DNA of 64,000 nt from Callorhinchus milii. Lineage: Eukaryota. Positions 35,397-48,754 of the stretch are shown in pieces (position 1 is the stretch's first letter; each line of letters starts with the position of its first letter). The stretch is from the NCBI RefSeq assembly GCF_018977255.1, contig NW_024704743.1, positions 68,574,001-68,638,000 on the forward strand. Direction: 5' to 3'. The position numbers and the translations under genes are program-made. A model generated the notes under the pieces. The model did no database searches. It saw nothing but the letters and a program-made list of their open reading frames with translations, and had not been told where the DNA came from.

Positions 35397-36844
35397 AATA
35401 AGTAGTTGTTGCTGTTGTTTTGTTCAAACTGATCTAAAGGGTTGGTAAACTTGAAGCACTTATGTACATCATATGCAGGTAGTAGCACGTTTGCTGGAAA
35501 GATGATCTGTGAGATGGAGACTAGATGCTTTGTAAAGGAAATGTTAAAATCAAAACATAAAACATGAGAAGTATTTGTATGCATGTTCAAAACCTTGCAG
35601 CAAGTTTCAATTGCGACATATTTTTTAAAGTACCNAAAAAAAGTCTGGCGCCAAGGAAGGATCTAAGTTCAGTCGTAAGCAATCGCTGACCTGCAAAGTG
35701 TGCAAATAAACAACTTGTTCTAATACTACTCTAAATTGAACTCTTGCATATACCATTAGAAAAGATTAAAGGTGAAGCATATGCTTAGGAATGATTTTAA
35801 TCAGCAGACCTGTTTCGGAGCAGCATCATTTACAATGACAGGAGCTAAATTTGAAAACATAGCCTTTGCCGGAAGAAACATTCCCTCTGAATATATGGTT
35901 TACTGTATTTACGGCATTGGCATGTTATTTGTTTTTTTTAAATAAAACACTCTGGACTCCCCAAACCTTGTCTCTCGCCAACCTGCACCCAATACTCTCC
36001 AGAAATAGGAAGCGGGATGGGTCCCTCCAGGGAGAGAGTGCACATTGCATACCAGACACATGGAGATTTCCATATGTATGTGGACATATTGTACATATGT
36101 GGAACGCTCAATATGATTCTGGTTTGGATACTCTTTTAAGCATGGTGATGCGTTTCTGCAATTGCCAGACATTCGACCGAATAAAATAGTTGTCTAAATG
36201 CTTCACATAGTGAGTTACTTGAAACCGAGTGACTGCAAAGGGTAAGAAATGCAAGCAAATAGATGTGTTAATCTTCAGCAGCAAGGCTATATAGACAGCA
36301 ATGAGATTTAATGTCTAAGTAATCTGTTGTTGTTGTGAATTTTGGATGATCATCACTGAATTATTTGGGAAACCTATGCTGCCTTCGTGCAACTTCTTCA
36401 GTAATTCCCAGCACAACGTTTGCAATAACCATTTGTATCATGTTGTGTAGATGGTGTTTTGTATTTATAATCAGACTGCCCAGGTCCCAGCATTTCATAT
36501 TTGCAGCATTGCTAAATGTTTAGCCTAGTTTAGCTGGAACATCATTGTACACAGATTTCCAAATTTCTGCGTCAGCAAAGGATTGTAAAACACAAATGTC
36601 CTCATCATAGACCCTGGTGCTAGAACATCTCAAGGGCACCCAGATTTGGCCTTGTTCTTGGCATATTTAACAGTTCCTCTGATAGCCAGAACTTACACAA
36701 TGAGCATTTTTAATCACTGTGCTTTGTATTTTGTTGGAACACTTTGAGTATTGATTCTGTAGATGGCAGATGATCAGGATGATCAAATTCCCGCCGTAAA
36801 TCCTAACATTAGTAGTACTGAACTAGAGCTCTAAAGTCTCATGT

Positions 36845-37030
36845 CGGGCCTGTGTATTTTGTAGGCAAATAGTAGCCAATGTATGCACAGCTAAGTCACA
36901 CAAATAGTCATGAAGTGAATGACCTATTTTATTTGGAGGGTTGTTGGGCTGGACACCAGGAGAAAATCCACTCTCTTTTCAAATAGTGCCATGCGAGTCT
37001 TTAAGGTCCACATAAATAGGCAGTTAGGAC
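36845..37030 (-). mobile_element. Old Deu-domain SINE fragment
   Basis: GGACACCAGGAGAAAATCCACTCTCTTTTCAAATAGTGCCATG. Confidence 0.7.
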
Positions 37031-39074
37031 TTAGACTTGCTAAAGGTCTTTAACAAAACATTGTACAAGAGACTCCTTTGCAAACTAGATATCAAGGCTA
37101 AGACATGGATGTGGATTAGTAGCTGATTGACAGCAATTACAGTACAGGCGTAGGATAGAGGTTGGGTGAGCTAGGTATAATAGTGAGATACCTAGTGGGG
37201 TGCCATGACTCTGAACTGGACTTCCTCCTATTCCTTGTATGTGTAAGCCAGAGAGGCAGGCTTGGTATAACGTTATAACTTTAACGTAGTTAACTTTTCA
37301 GATATGTGCACAAATAAATATTTGAGCACCTGCTTTTTCATGATGCCTTTCTTGGTACTTTTATAGAGTTGAATGAGGGTTAGTTTAGGAATTCCTCCAA
37401 AGGCACATGCGAAAGTTTCATTAGCATTTTCCACCAGAAGTAAAAAACTTTTTAAAATTACATGAACCAGATCAATATACCATGCAGTGATCATCTGAGG
37501 ACTTTATAGAGTTGTTAAAGTGAAACTTGAGCAAGTTTGCATTCCCGCACTGAAATACTATAAAATCAATCAGTTTTATAACTGCTTTACTGTTCACTCA
37601 CTGTCTAGTGTGCCTGTGAATGAAGCAATGTTTAGTCTTCAGTAGACAGGAGGCTTCCTGCAATGGGATTACAGTCTCTACATGTTTTTTTTTAAAGTTG
37701 TTCATACTGAATTCATTTATTGTAGTCTGACTAGACTTTCTACAGACCAAGTGTTATTAAGCTGCATCTACTGTATCTCAATAAGATTGATTGTGTCTGG
37801 TGGTGCAAATTTTATATATGCAATATATGTATATAGTAGTGTTCAACCCTGTCTTTATAAAGAACTCAAATAGCGTGAAAGACGCTATAAAAATGCATGT
37901 TGTTGTTTGTCTTCTTCTTTTACATTTAAGCTCTAAAACTTGAAAACTTGTCACTCCAAAGGAAAAGTGCTCAGTGATGAGCTATCTGGAGTGGCGAGTT
38001 AGGCATATTGTATAAATACATAAATAAATGCGGTCACGATATTGACATCATGATGACTTAAGTAGCAGTGACAAGTTAAGCCAGGGTTGAGTTATCAGGA
38101 GTTTACTGTCCGATATCTGTCAAGCTAAGATCATTGAGAAGGATAGCTCAGTAGATTGCATTGTTTTAACTAATCTGTCCCCTTTGAAACTTAAAAGTTC
38201 AACATTTAATTTTCACTGTATTTTTTTACTTGGATTTGTTCTGTTGAATTACAGTACTGTGCAACATGTTGTTTAGAAATGTGACCGCATTTGTTCAGGG
38301 GTTGAGTTGATAATTGATAGGCATAGCTTACACCTTTCTGACGTGTCACTCATGTATTTTAAGTCGACCTCCCTGACGATTCAAGAGGCAATAACTATGA
38401 AGACAGGGCCTACAGATGCTTAAAATAAGTTACATCATACCATACTATGTGAAACATATTTGTCCAACAGGAAACAGTTGTGTTTACTGACCCTTATTGG
38501 GTTCAGGTCAAGCACTTTCACAAGAAGATGGTACTATGCATCTTTAATGCTTCCCCACTTGGCTGATGTCAGGCTGTCAGCTATAATGCTTTGATGATGT
38601 GGGAGCTACAAATACATTCTGATGGCTTAAGTAACACAGGTGCCAGAGTGCCCGAATTTGACAAAAGAAAGTGCATTTGTTCTCTGTAACATTGACAATT
38701 TGCATACTGTTCATAATGGAACAAGATAGTGGTTCTTGATATGTGAGCTCAGTTATAATGAGAGCAGAAGGCTGGAGGGAAGCTCTTCTGTGTAAATAAA
38801 TACAGTTTAGAAATACTGTAGCCATACTTGCTGTGACCATTTTTCAATCTTAACCACTTCCAGGACTGTACAAAAAATAGATGATTTAATATTTCTTTAT
38901 TTGCTAGCCAATTTTAAAGAATAAAACATCAATCAATGTATCTAGTACACTATTAAAATACAGTTCATAATTTGCTTGGAGACATGATGGTGATCAATCT
39001 GCCTGCAAGCCTTGATATATGCCATTCACTGTTTTGTAGGAACAGAGCAGGTCATTTCTCTAAAGCTGAAAAAT

Positions 39075-39355
39075 AATAATAATTCTTGCATTTGACAAAG
39101 TGCTTTTCACATCAGGAGGATATCTCAAAGCGCTTCACAGGATTTACTATAAAATGTAGTGTCTGTTTTTTTTAATGAACACGGCAACCAATTTGCCCAC
39201 AGCAATGCCTCACACATAACGATGAAGTGAATAACCAACATTTAACTGGGGAATTGTTGACCAGGATAGAGGAAGAAACTCCCTTCTCTTTGTGAACAGT
39301 GCAATGCGATCATTAAGATCTACCTGAACAGACAGATGAGACCTCGGTTTAACAA
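39075..39355 (-). mobile_element. Deu-domain SINE, 3' two-thirds
   Basis: Tail, body and CACCTGAACAGACAGATGAGACCTCGGTTTAAC-like Deu segment. Confidence 0.78.
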
Positions 39356-39799
39356 TTTATTAATTTTATTATTTATCAGTTTATTCATTTATTATTAATA
39401 CCCAACATGTAAATCAACTTGTAAACTGAACAACTTGTAAAATATTATTTTCACTCAGGTTGGCCTCTGGGCTGGAAGAGAAGGGTAGGAATTCCAGGAG
39501 ACGTCTCATTTCTGACACTAATGAAACAAAACTTTTAAAATTAGTGAAAGTGTTCTTGGAGTAATATTCCCCAAGGTTCTATGAATAACAGCTGGGTTGG
39601 TTTTAAAGAAGTTTAGCATTGATATTTTTGGCAATGTTGTGTTGTATAGAGAGGAATACTCTAAAGAAAATAAGCAGGAAATATTTTCAGTGCCCATGAG
39701 AGAATTGGATTCTAGAGAATGAACTGAATATTTTACTACATATTTCATAGTGCTTTCCTATATATCCACTGCACACTATTCACTGTTTAATGTGGTTAA

Positions 39800-39985
39800 A
39801 CAGAAACAATAACAATTTGGTTACATCAATCCACGACTGTTTATGGGACACTGCTGTGTGCAATTGGCTGCCGCATTTCACCCACAAATATACAATTAAT
39901 TCACTTTACAGTATATTCTGTGAAACACTTTGAGATGTCTAGAAGATGTGAAGAGCGCTATATCAAATGCAAGGATTATATATAT
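39800..39985 (+). mobile_element. 5'-truncated SINE
   Basis: CAATCCACGACTGTTTATGGGACACTGCTGTGTGCAATTGGCTGCCGC...TATCAAATGCAAGGATTA. Confidence 0.85.
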
Positions 39986-40549
39986 ATAATATATGGTTCA
40001 ATGAGGAAATTCATCATTAGGCATTGAAGACAGATGGGGTACTGACTGGAATATGTATTTTATGGCTTAACGTGCTGAAGAGCTTTATTGCTACCAGAGA
40101 AGCTTTGATTACTCTTCAGAGTGCTTTCAAGTATCAAACTAACCTTGCCAACATGTACAGAGGTTTCAGTTCTGTGAACCTATTTTAGTTTCTGATCAAT
40201 TGAGCACTGTTGCAGAAGTGAGATGATAAAACAGATCTTGAGGAATGCTACAAGTTATTTCAGGATGAAAGAAATCTCCACATTCGCAAAAATATGGGAA
40301 TTCATTTTTTGTCTTTATCTATTCTAGCAATTTTTCCAAGGAGATCCATTCAAGGTAAAATTGGGAGATTAGCTCATTTCACCTAGTGGCTGGTGGATTA
40401 TTGCCTAAATAATATACAGAATTAAATGAAGCCTATATTTTATTCTGATCTTATATATAAATAAATAATATTTGCACTTGAAATAATAAGAACATTTTGC
40501 ATTTACATAATGCCCTTCACACAGGGTACTATGTCAGAGCGCTGATGAA

Positions 40550-40810
40550 AAATCTTTCACATTGGGAGGACATCTTAAGGAGCTTTACAGGATTTTCTTA
40601 AAGTATGCATAAACATATGCCTTTGTAGACAAACCCAACAGCCAGTTTATGCACAGCAATATCCCACAACGGGCCATAAAGTGAGTGACCAGTTTCATTT
40701 GAGAGATTGTTATAGTTATATATTTATCCAGGGGATTGTTGACGAGGACACCAGAAGAAACTCCCTTCTCTTTTCTCATAGAATCTTTAAGGTCCACCTG
40801 AATAGGTATA
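40550..40810 (-). mobile_element. Old Deu-domain SINE fragment
   Basis: AGGACACCAGAAGAAACTCCCTTCTCTTTTC...AATCTTTAAGGTCCACCTGAATAGG. Confidence 0.7.
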
Positions 40811-43714
40811 GATATTATCATTGTTATTATTATGAGAATGGGGTAAGAAAGGAAGAGTTGTAAAAGAATAGGAGACAGCAATGCTCCCTATAACAGTCAC
40901 TGGAATAACACTGTAAAGTATATTTAGGCTTCCCACATATAATTATATAATAATCTAAAAATATTAATTATGATTGCATTTTAATAATAATCTTAGAATA
41001 ATAATTGTAATCATTATACTCGTCCCGCATTTCTCAGAAAATAGAAAAAAGATTAGGGAAAATGGTAATTCAGACATTCAACCAGTAACACTAAGTCACT
41101 AAGTGACGGTTCAATAGTTTATGATAAATAATAATAATCCTTGTATTTGATATCATCACATCTTTGAGACACCTCAAAGTGCTTCACAGGATTTACTGTA
41201 CATCTGTAAGCAAACCTGTAGGTGATTTATGTATTGGATATATTTGTTCACCAAAATGCAGTCACTATATTTCGCAATGAATCCTGTGAAGCATTTTGAG
41301 ACATCCTCCTGATGTGAAAGGCGCTATATCAAATGCGAGGTTTATTTTATAATTATTTAAAATCAATAGATTCATTATAGTCGGTTACAGTAAGTTTTTG
41401 TTGTGAAGTGTCAGCCATACCTGTCAGTGTGCTTTTGGAATACTTATCTGCATTTGTAATCGGAGCATTTCCTCAGATGAATCCAGGAAGAATTTTAAAG
41501 AGGCTGTTAAATGAGAAGCTTAACTGTTGGCATGGTGATAGGTCTGATGCAAGGAAGATTTTGAATGGCGCCACTCAGATAATACCAGTTATTAAAAAAA
41601 AGTCTTATTGGTGGCCAATGAGATGCATATTGTGAAAAATATGCAGCTTGAAAATCAAGTCTGAGCAAATAATCCCTGATTGTGATGCACTGGATTGTCT
41701 GCTGCTACAGTCAAGGGAGTTAAGATTAAGTGAACACACAATGAGAAAATTCCTGCTTATTTTGCACGTAGCATTAAGTGACGGAACTGCCTGTTAGCTG
41801 AACGTTTCTAGATATGATTGAATTTCAGATGGAGTAAAAACCCTGAATTGCAAGCTGCCTTCTCTAATTTATTAAAGATTGGACTGAATTGATAAAAGCA
41901 GGCATGGGGTCTAAGGAACATGCCAAACTTGGTAAATTTCAGATTAAAGGGGATCAGCCTGATTGCGTAGGATAAGGGCCATATGTTTGATTTATTTGCC
42001 AATGAAACATTAGATGAAGCACCAGAGGTGGTCTCCACAATTACATGTGTATTTGAGCATTGTTGTGTACCTGTCCTAAGTGGGATGATCTTGTGTGTTC
42101 CAAATCTATTAAGGGTTTGGTGTAAGCACTTTGGTTCAGCTCTATTTTTGCTGTTCTTGCTCCTTCACTGTCATTGACTGACAACGCTTTTCAGTTATGT
42201 GGATGATGTTGCCAATGGCACTTGGGCAGTTGCAAGTTCCAAGCTGGGTTTACACATTGTCTTTTTGTTCCAAATAAATGATTTTCATGTCTCATCCTGC
42301 AATTAATTTTGTTTAATTTCTTACTTGGAGAAGATAAATTCAAACTGGATCATTCTGTTTAGCAATGGCCTTTTTTTTTAAATGTTCTGGGTTCAGAACA
42401 GACTGACCCAGTCCAATGCATTTAAATAGCATCTGTAAAATGAAACTGTTCAAGCTCTGAACTAATGTTTCTCCAAAGTGCAAATGTGATTATTTTCTAG
42501 CTGGTAAATGCTCTCATGAAGCAGAGAAACCCAGTTAAAAGAAGAAACTAGCAAATCATCAAAGTTTACCTTGAAATGAGCCAATTGCAGCTTCACTGCC
42601 AAGATTATCCATTTTATCTAGCGTGAGAAGTTACCTTGCATAATGCAAGTCAAAAATGAACACATTTGCAAAATAGGTTTTCGGAATTACTTTTTGCAAA
42701 CTATTAAACCTACAAATAAAGTCAAGCAAAATCAATGTAGGCAGTGCCTCGAAAATAGGCATCCAGAAGATGAGCCAATTGAAATTGCAAATCCTTTGCT
42801 GTTTATATTGTAAAACTAAAGGGTGGAGACAAGCTCCAGGAATGGCCCTGATCCAGAACCAAATATGTGAGGTCCAACAAATAAAATATCAGCCTGCTGG
42901 ATATTATCTGTGTATCCGCACATCCCTTGAAGTTCACAACATTTTTTACCATTTGTTTTTGGAAGGGACATTCATACAAATTGCCTCACACATTGACGCG
43001 CAGTAACCTTTGTTAGTGAACAGCCCTGCATATGACTCCTCCGTATAATCGTGACATCTTTTCATTCCAACTTCAACACTGAGCAGTGCTTCACTTTGTC
43101 CTAACATTGTATTCTAATGTTGAGGTTTAAGGCCGGTAGCGGATTAGAGTTTTTGAATGTTGAATGTGTGGCCTTCTGCTGAGTGTTGAATGCAGATGGT
43201 TTGTAAGGAAACATTGTAGTAGTTTTTGGCTTGTTCATGTTGCACAATACTATTTTGTGATATGCCTGTGGGAAGTTGGCCTAGTGCCCAATCTCACTGC
43301 TGGGATAGAGCAAGGGTGGACCTCCCATGTTAGCACTGTGCATGCAGGCACCATCATTTGAGGGTTATTGGAAAAATGAATCTAATACTTTTATTGGAAA
43401 ACTTTGATACGGTTTTCCTTTTTGTGTTGGGGGGGAAAAGGAGAAAAATGTAAGCATTTGTCTGCTCGAGATAAAACACTATGTGCAACAAGCTGTTATA
43501 ACTACAGGCTCTTAATGTAAATAGCTGTGTCACTGCCATATATCGGTCATATTAAAGGTAAAAATGCAGGCTTTAATAAATTACCTACATTCCCCTGATA
43601 TTTTGTTTGTAGTTCTCAGGACAGAGGTGAACTGTTGCTACCTCAGCTTTCTGAGACACTATCCTGAGTGAAGGGCACAATATAAATACAAGTTATTGTT
43701 GTTGTAATATACAG

Positions 43715-44262
43715 CAATACAATACAAACTTATATTTGTATAATGCCTTTCAGCTCAGGAATATGTCCCAAGATACTAAATCATACTCCGAACTGGGGTG
43801 AGAGCCAAGGGGTGGGGAGAAGAAAAATTACTGAAAATGTGGTCATACATGTAGGTCTTGAAAGGACCTTGAATGAGGTGAGAGAGGGAGCAAGTTGGAA
43901 GGACACCGGGATTGAATTCCAGAGGATGGGGACAGAGAAGCTGAAAGCCCACCTGCCAATGTTGGGGCGGCTAGTGCAGGGGACATGAAACAGGCCAGTG
44001 TCCGCTGAGCGAAAGGACTGGCTGGGTCAGTAGGGTTTCGGGAGGTTGTCGAGGTAGGGTGGGCAAGACTGAAGGGATTTAAAAATGAGAACTGGTATTT
44101 TGATCCACTGGGCATGGGGAGCCAATGGAAGTGAGTGAGGATGGGGGTGATAAGCTCATGAAGCTTGAAATAGGAAAGGACATGGGCTATAGAGTTCTGG
44201 CTAGAGCTGGGGAGTCTGACAAGCAAAGCGTTGGTGTAATCGAGCCTGGACGTGAGCAATAG
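43715..44262 (-). mobile_element. L2 LINE 3' fragment
   Basis: LTSRLDYTNALLVRLPSS..QNSIAHVLS..HELITPILTHFHWLP; tail at about 43715. Confidence 0.88.
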
Positions 44263-45704
44263 AAAAGACCAAATTTACACATTAGCCATTTTTTTATGTA
44301 AAGGGAGTGTACACTATGCTTAGAGTCACTGTAGTGGTTTCTTTAAACTCGAGGACTGTGCACAGCGCAGAAAATGAGTGGTATGAACTGAGTGCTTGTA
44401 CACTGAAGTGCTCTGAGCATCAAGTTAAGTTAGGAGGATAGCAATCATGCCACAGATCAGGAGACATGAAAAGCTGTCAAAAAGTCCCATCAGTTACATA
44501 ACAGGCAAAGTATGTATCAACAATCATAAGGTTCTATGGTCACACAAATTCACATTGATGGAAGCTTTCATGACATTGTGCGCAACACAAATGCATTTGT
44601 TAATAACGCAGCAGTAAAGCCACATCAGAAATGAGCAGAATTTATAATGGGGTGAATTTATACTGTGAAATCCTGTTACAAACTCACAATACCCCAAACC
44701 ATACAGTTATAGACCAGTGGAAGTTGGGGAATTGTCTCTCACTATTTCCTCTGACTCTCTTGAGATCCTGCACAGTGCATTTATGTTACTGAAATCTTTG
44801 GTCAAAGTGAGAACGTTAACTAAGAGCTTTTCAAAATTATTTGAATCTAAGTGCACCGCAGTGGTGAAGAGTGAATTATTTAAGCGTTTCTATTCTGAAG
44901 CACATGGCTGACATTTTGACAGCAATTACTAAGAAAAAGAAGGCAACTGCAGTTTTATGTATTACAATTAGTGTCTTTTTTAACAGAAACACGTTTAAGC
45001 TATTTATTTGAGATGTCACCATGTGAAAAAACAATTTGCACTTGTATAGTGCCTTTGAAATAGGACGAACATTTCAAAGCGCTTCACAAAATGAGAACAA
45101 CTTGCATTTATATAAGTAAACTCCTGATTATACAGCCACGCCAAAGGAAAAGAGCTCAGTGACTCTATACCTGGGGTGACAATGAAGACGTGAGTCCTCC
45201 AGGGCCACTATGGGGGCGCTGTAGTTGGGAGGACCTACACTGTGCAGAGAGAGCAGCTGTCAGCGTGACACTGCAGCCCGTCTCCCATAACTGTCAGTTT
45301 ATTTGTATTAAAATTATTTTAAGGATAGTATGTTTATATTTTAACAACCTGAATCACTCAGACTTTAACAATCAGGCAGAACCTCACAGAAGGTAAGGTT
45401 TCCAGTTACAGAGATCTTGCTACAACAGTCAAAACAGCTACCACGAGGCTGGCTGAGGGCGAAGGTGACCTTTTTCCATGGTACCAGGTTGTTCAACGTG
45501 AGAGTTTGCTGAGCGCCCCAGAGCGTGGCAAGGCTGACTGTGTGGTGCAGGTAATGTTAATGTTATTGTGAAGGAGCCTCTTTATCATACATCACTACAT
45601 ATTATTGATAAAAATGCAAGGATGATTATTATTATTTTACCCGTGACGTCTGTTAAAGATGCTGCTTCACAATAACATTGGAAATACATGTGATGTTGTT
45701 TGTA

Positions 45705-46400
45705 ACAACACCACCACTTTACATTTATATAGCACCTTTCAAACAGGATAACCCCTCAAAACATTGTACAACGGCAGGGCTGGATGTCAGTTTGGTTTGG
45801 ATACTCTCAAGAATGGTGATGGGTTTCCGCACGTGTCAGACGCCCGGTTGACCAAAAAACAAGGGTTGGATACCGAGCAAGGGAGAAGGGGGATGGGGTG
45901 GTAACTATTGGAGCAGTCGGAGAGGTAGGTTTTGAGATGGGATTTAGACAGATAAAGGGCAGGTGAGTCCAGATGAAACGAGGTGGAGGGTGACCCGGTG
46001 AACAAAATGCTGGTGTTTGTGTGTGTGTGGGTAGGGTGGGGGGTAGAGAATAGACTTGTTTTCTGTTGGTTGAAAACCAGACCTGATGGATCACAGGCAA
46101 CACTGGAACATGTCTTTATTGGCCAGGTTTGTCATTTCTTGCCTGATGGTCCAGATGGGACTCGTAGTGAGGGCTGAGTCAGAGAGGGTGGGAGGAGAAC
46201 GTCCACCAGGAGCAGTCCTACCCCGGGAAAAGCATCTTGAGGGAGTTGTATTGTGGTTATGATCATGGTGGTCTGCTCCAACCTGCCGGCTGTTGGATAG
46301 AGCACAATAGGAGTAGGGGAATTTTTGAGGGAAAGTAATTGAAGTGAAGCCGAAGAGGAGGATCAAGTTCATTTTGTTGGCCAGTTACATGGCGGTTTAC
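45705..46400 (-). mobile_element. Fragmented old L2 (tail, 3' UTR and upstream remnant)
   Basis: Tail CACTTTACATTTATATAGCACCTTTC; LSKSHLKTYLSD; remnant LANKMNLILLFG near 46380. Confidence 0.65.
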
Positions 46401-46864
46401 AATTTTCTGAATTAGGCCATTTAGATCACAATGTAAATGTGAAACAGACCTGGATCATTTTCCCTTTTTTGAAAAGTTCAACTCCCCCACCCCACCCCCA
46501 CCCCCTCCAATTTCCCTTCCGGTTTTCTGGCACGGACAGATAGCTAGGAAGTACCACCACGCTATAATTTCCTGTTCCCAGACGGAAACACTTATCTAAT
46601 ACAAATTGATACATATGGTTTCCAGATATTTGAAACTGCCTGTTTATTGATCAACAGGGACAAAGTGCAAGGAAAAATGTTCATCAAAAGGTGTATTACA
46701 GTAGCTGTAGTTTTTAACTAAGTGATTAATTTCCAATGCAGTCAATAGCATACGATACAGTACAATTTACATTTATAGAAGTGCCTTTCATGTGGGAAGG
46801 ATATCTCAAGGCCCTTTATAATGCTGGCAAGTACCCAAACTGGGGGTGGGACATCAGGACTTGA

Positions 46865-47190
46865 ATTCACACAGTTCAGGCTGACACTCCAGTGCATTGT
46901 TGGGGGAGCACTGAATTGTTAGAGGTGCTGTTCTTTGGAATGATGATATTAAACCAAGTTCCCATCTTCTTGTTCAGGTCCCATGGCACTATTTGAATAG
47001 AGAAGGGAGTTTCTCCCATGTCCTGGCCAACAGTCCTCCAAATAATAAAGTTTGTCATTTTTGGCTGCTTGGGGGACATTAAAGTGCACAATTCGTTTTG
47101 AGTGTTCATCCACAAAAAACACACAGATACATAAGTTCACACTATGTCCTACATGAAAAAGTCTTACATCAAATGCAAGGATTATTATAT
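46865..47190 (+). mobile_element. Deu-domain SINE
   Basis: CAGGCTGACACTCCAGTGCATTG...GGTCCCATGGCACTATTTGAATAGAGAAGGGAGTTTCTCCCATGTCCTGGCCAAC; tail. Confidence 0.8.
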
Positions 47191-47199
47191 TTTTATATT

Positions 47200-47670
47200 G
47201 TCATCTTCATGTGCTCCTGGAGCCTATCACCCCCATCCTTTCATAGCTCCACTGGCTCCCCATCCCCTTGAGGATTGAGATCAAGATACTCCTTCTGATC
47301 CCTCAATAGACTTGTCCGACTCTACCTCAGTGACCTTCCAAAACCTTAACAACCTGCCTGTTCCCTCTGCTCAGCAGGCACTGACCTGCTTCACATTCCC
47401 CCACCCTGCCTGCCCTACCATTAGTTTTCAGCCTATATGCCTCCACCCTCTGGAACTCCATCCCAGATACCTCAGGTCCACATTGTTACCTTTGGTTCGC
47501 CCCTTCCTTCGCCTCCTTCAAAGTCCGTCTTAAGAACTTCCTCATTAACCACTTCTTGAATCATCTTCTCCCCCACCACACACCCAACGCTCCTTTGGCC
47601 CCAACCCTCCTGAAATCCAACCCCAGCTCGGGTGTAAACCCTCGACTACCCAGCTCCTCAAGATGCAATT
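47200..47670 (+). mobile_element. Old L2 3' fragment
   Basis: CTCCACTGGCTCCCCATCCCC...TCAAGATACTC; CTCTGGAACTCCATCCC. Confidence 0.8.
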
Positions 47671-48754
47671 TGTTGCAATATTTTTTAATATTGCACTCTC
47701 AATTCCAATAGAGGATAAATGCAGTTTCATACCAAACATGGAACAGATTTGCTTGGCTTCTTATGAGAAGTAACGATTAGAAAATCCAAAAACCTTTTGT
47801 ATAATGCATGAATCACATACAAGTACATTAGCTGTTTGGTGGATGCAAAAGGCAAAACAGATGAGACCTAACATGTCTGTGGTTGAGAGAATGTTTGATT
47901 AGAGACATGAGAAGTGAGAAATGAAGTAATCTGTATCTGATCTCCAATCAGTTTGCAAGAGTATGGTTAGTAATAAGAGTCTCCCAGACGTGGCTGATGT
48001 GGCTAGAATGTGAAGGGTATTGCGATGAACAGTAAATTAGCATTTTTTATCTATAGGCTGGATTAAAGGCAGATGTGGCTGACTAATAATTAACATTGTT
48101 TTCTTTTTGGCAAGGATTTCATGTGTTTCTGGAATCAAAGGCAGATTTCCGAGCTAATCTCACCTCTAAAACAGTGTAGCTTGCAGCTTTTACGTCCCTT
48201 TCAAATGGCCATTAGATCACACATGGCAAACACACAGGCCACAGGAGTAGAATGAGACTCAGTCAACATGATCTGAACACGGAGGTGTTGGGGTGGGGGA
48301 CGGGGACCAGAATAGATTGCTAATATTTGGCTGATGAGGGAGATAGATAATACAGTAGTTGAGCTGCCAAAATTCCTCTGGGCTTCATTTCTTTTCATTT
48401 ATTAAATTCTGATGTATTTCAACTGTGGTTATTATTAGCAGAACTCAATGTTTAGAACAAATTTCAGTAACTTAATGGAGTTCCATTACTGGGATTAATG
48501 CCAGATTATAATAGAAACAAATGTAGTTGTACAAAATTCTGGATATTGGCACTGACTAATGATGGAAAGATTGCAACTCCCACTCATTCCCCCTCACTGC
48601 TAACCACTTCAGAATTATAAAGGTCCGATAGGCAATGAAATCTCTTGCTCTCTTTCTGGCTCTCAGTAAGTCTCTTTATGGTTATTGCACTTTATCCTAA
48701 CCAATCATTAAACCCAAGTCCCTGCCAGTGATAATTTAAACTATAAGGCATTTC

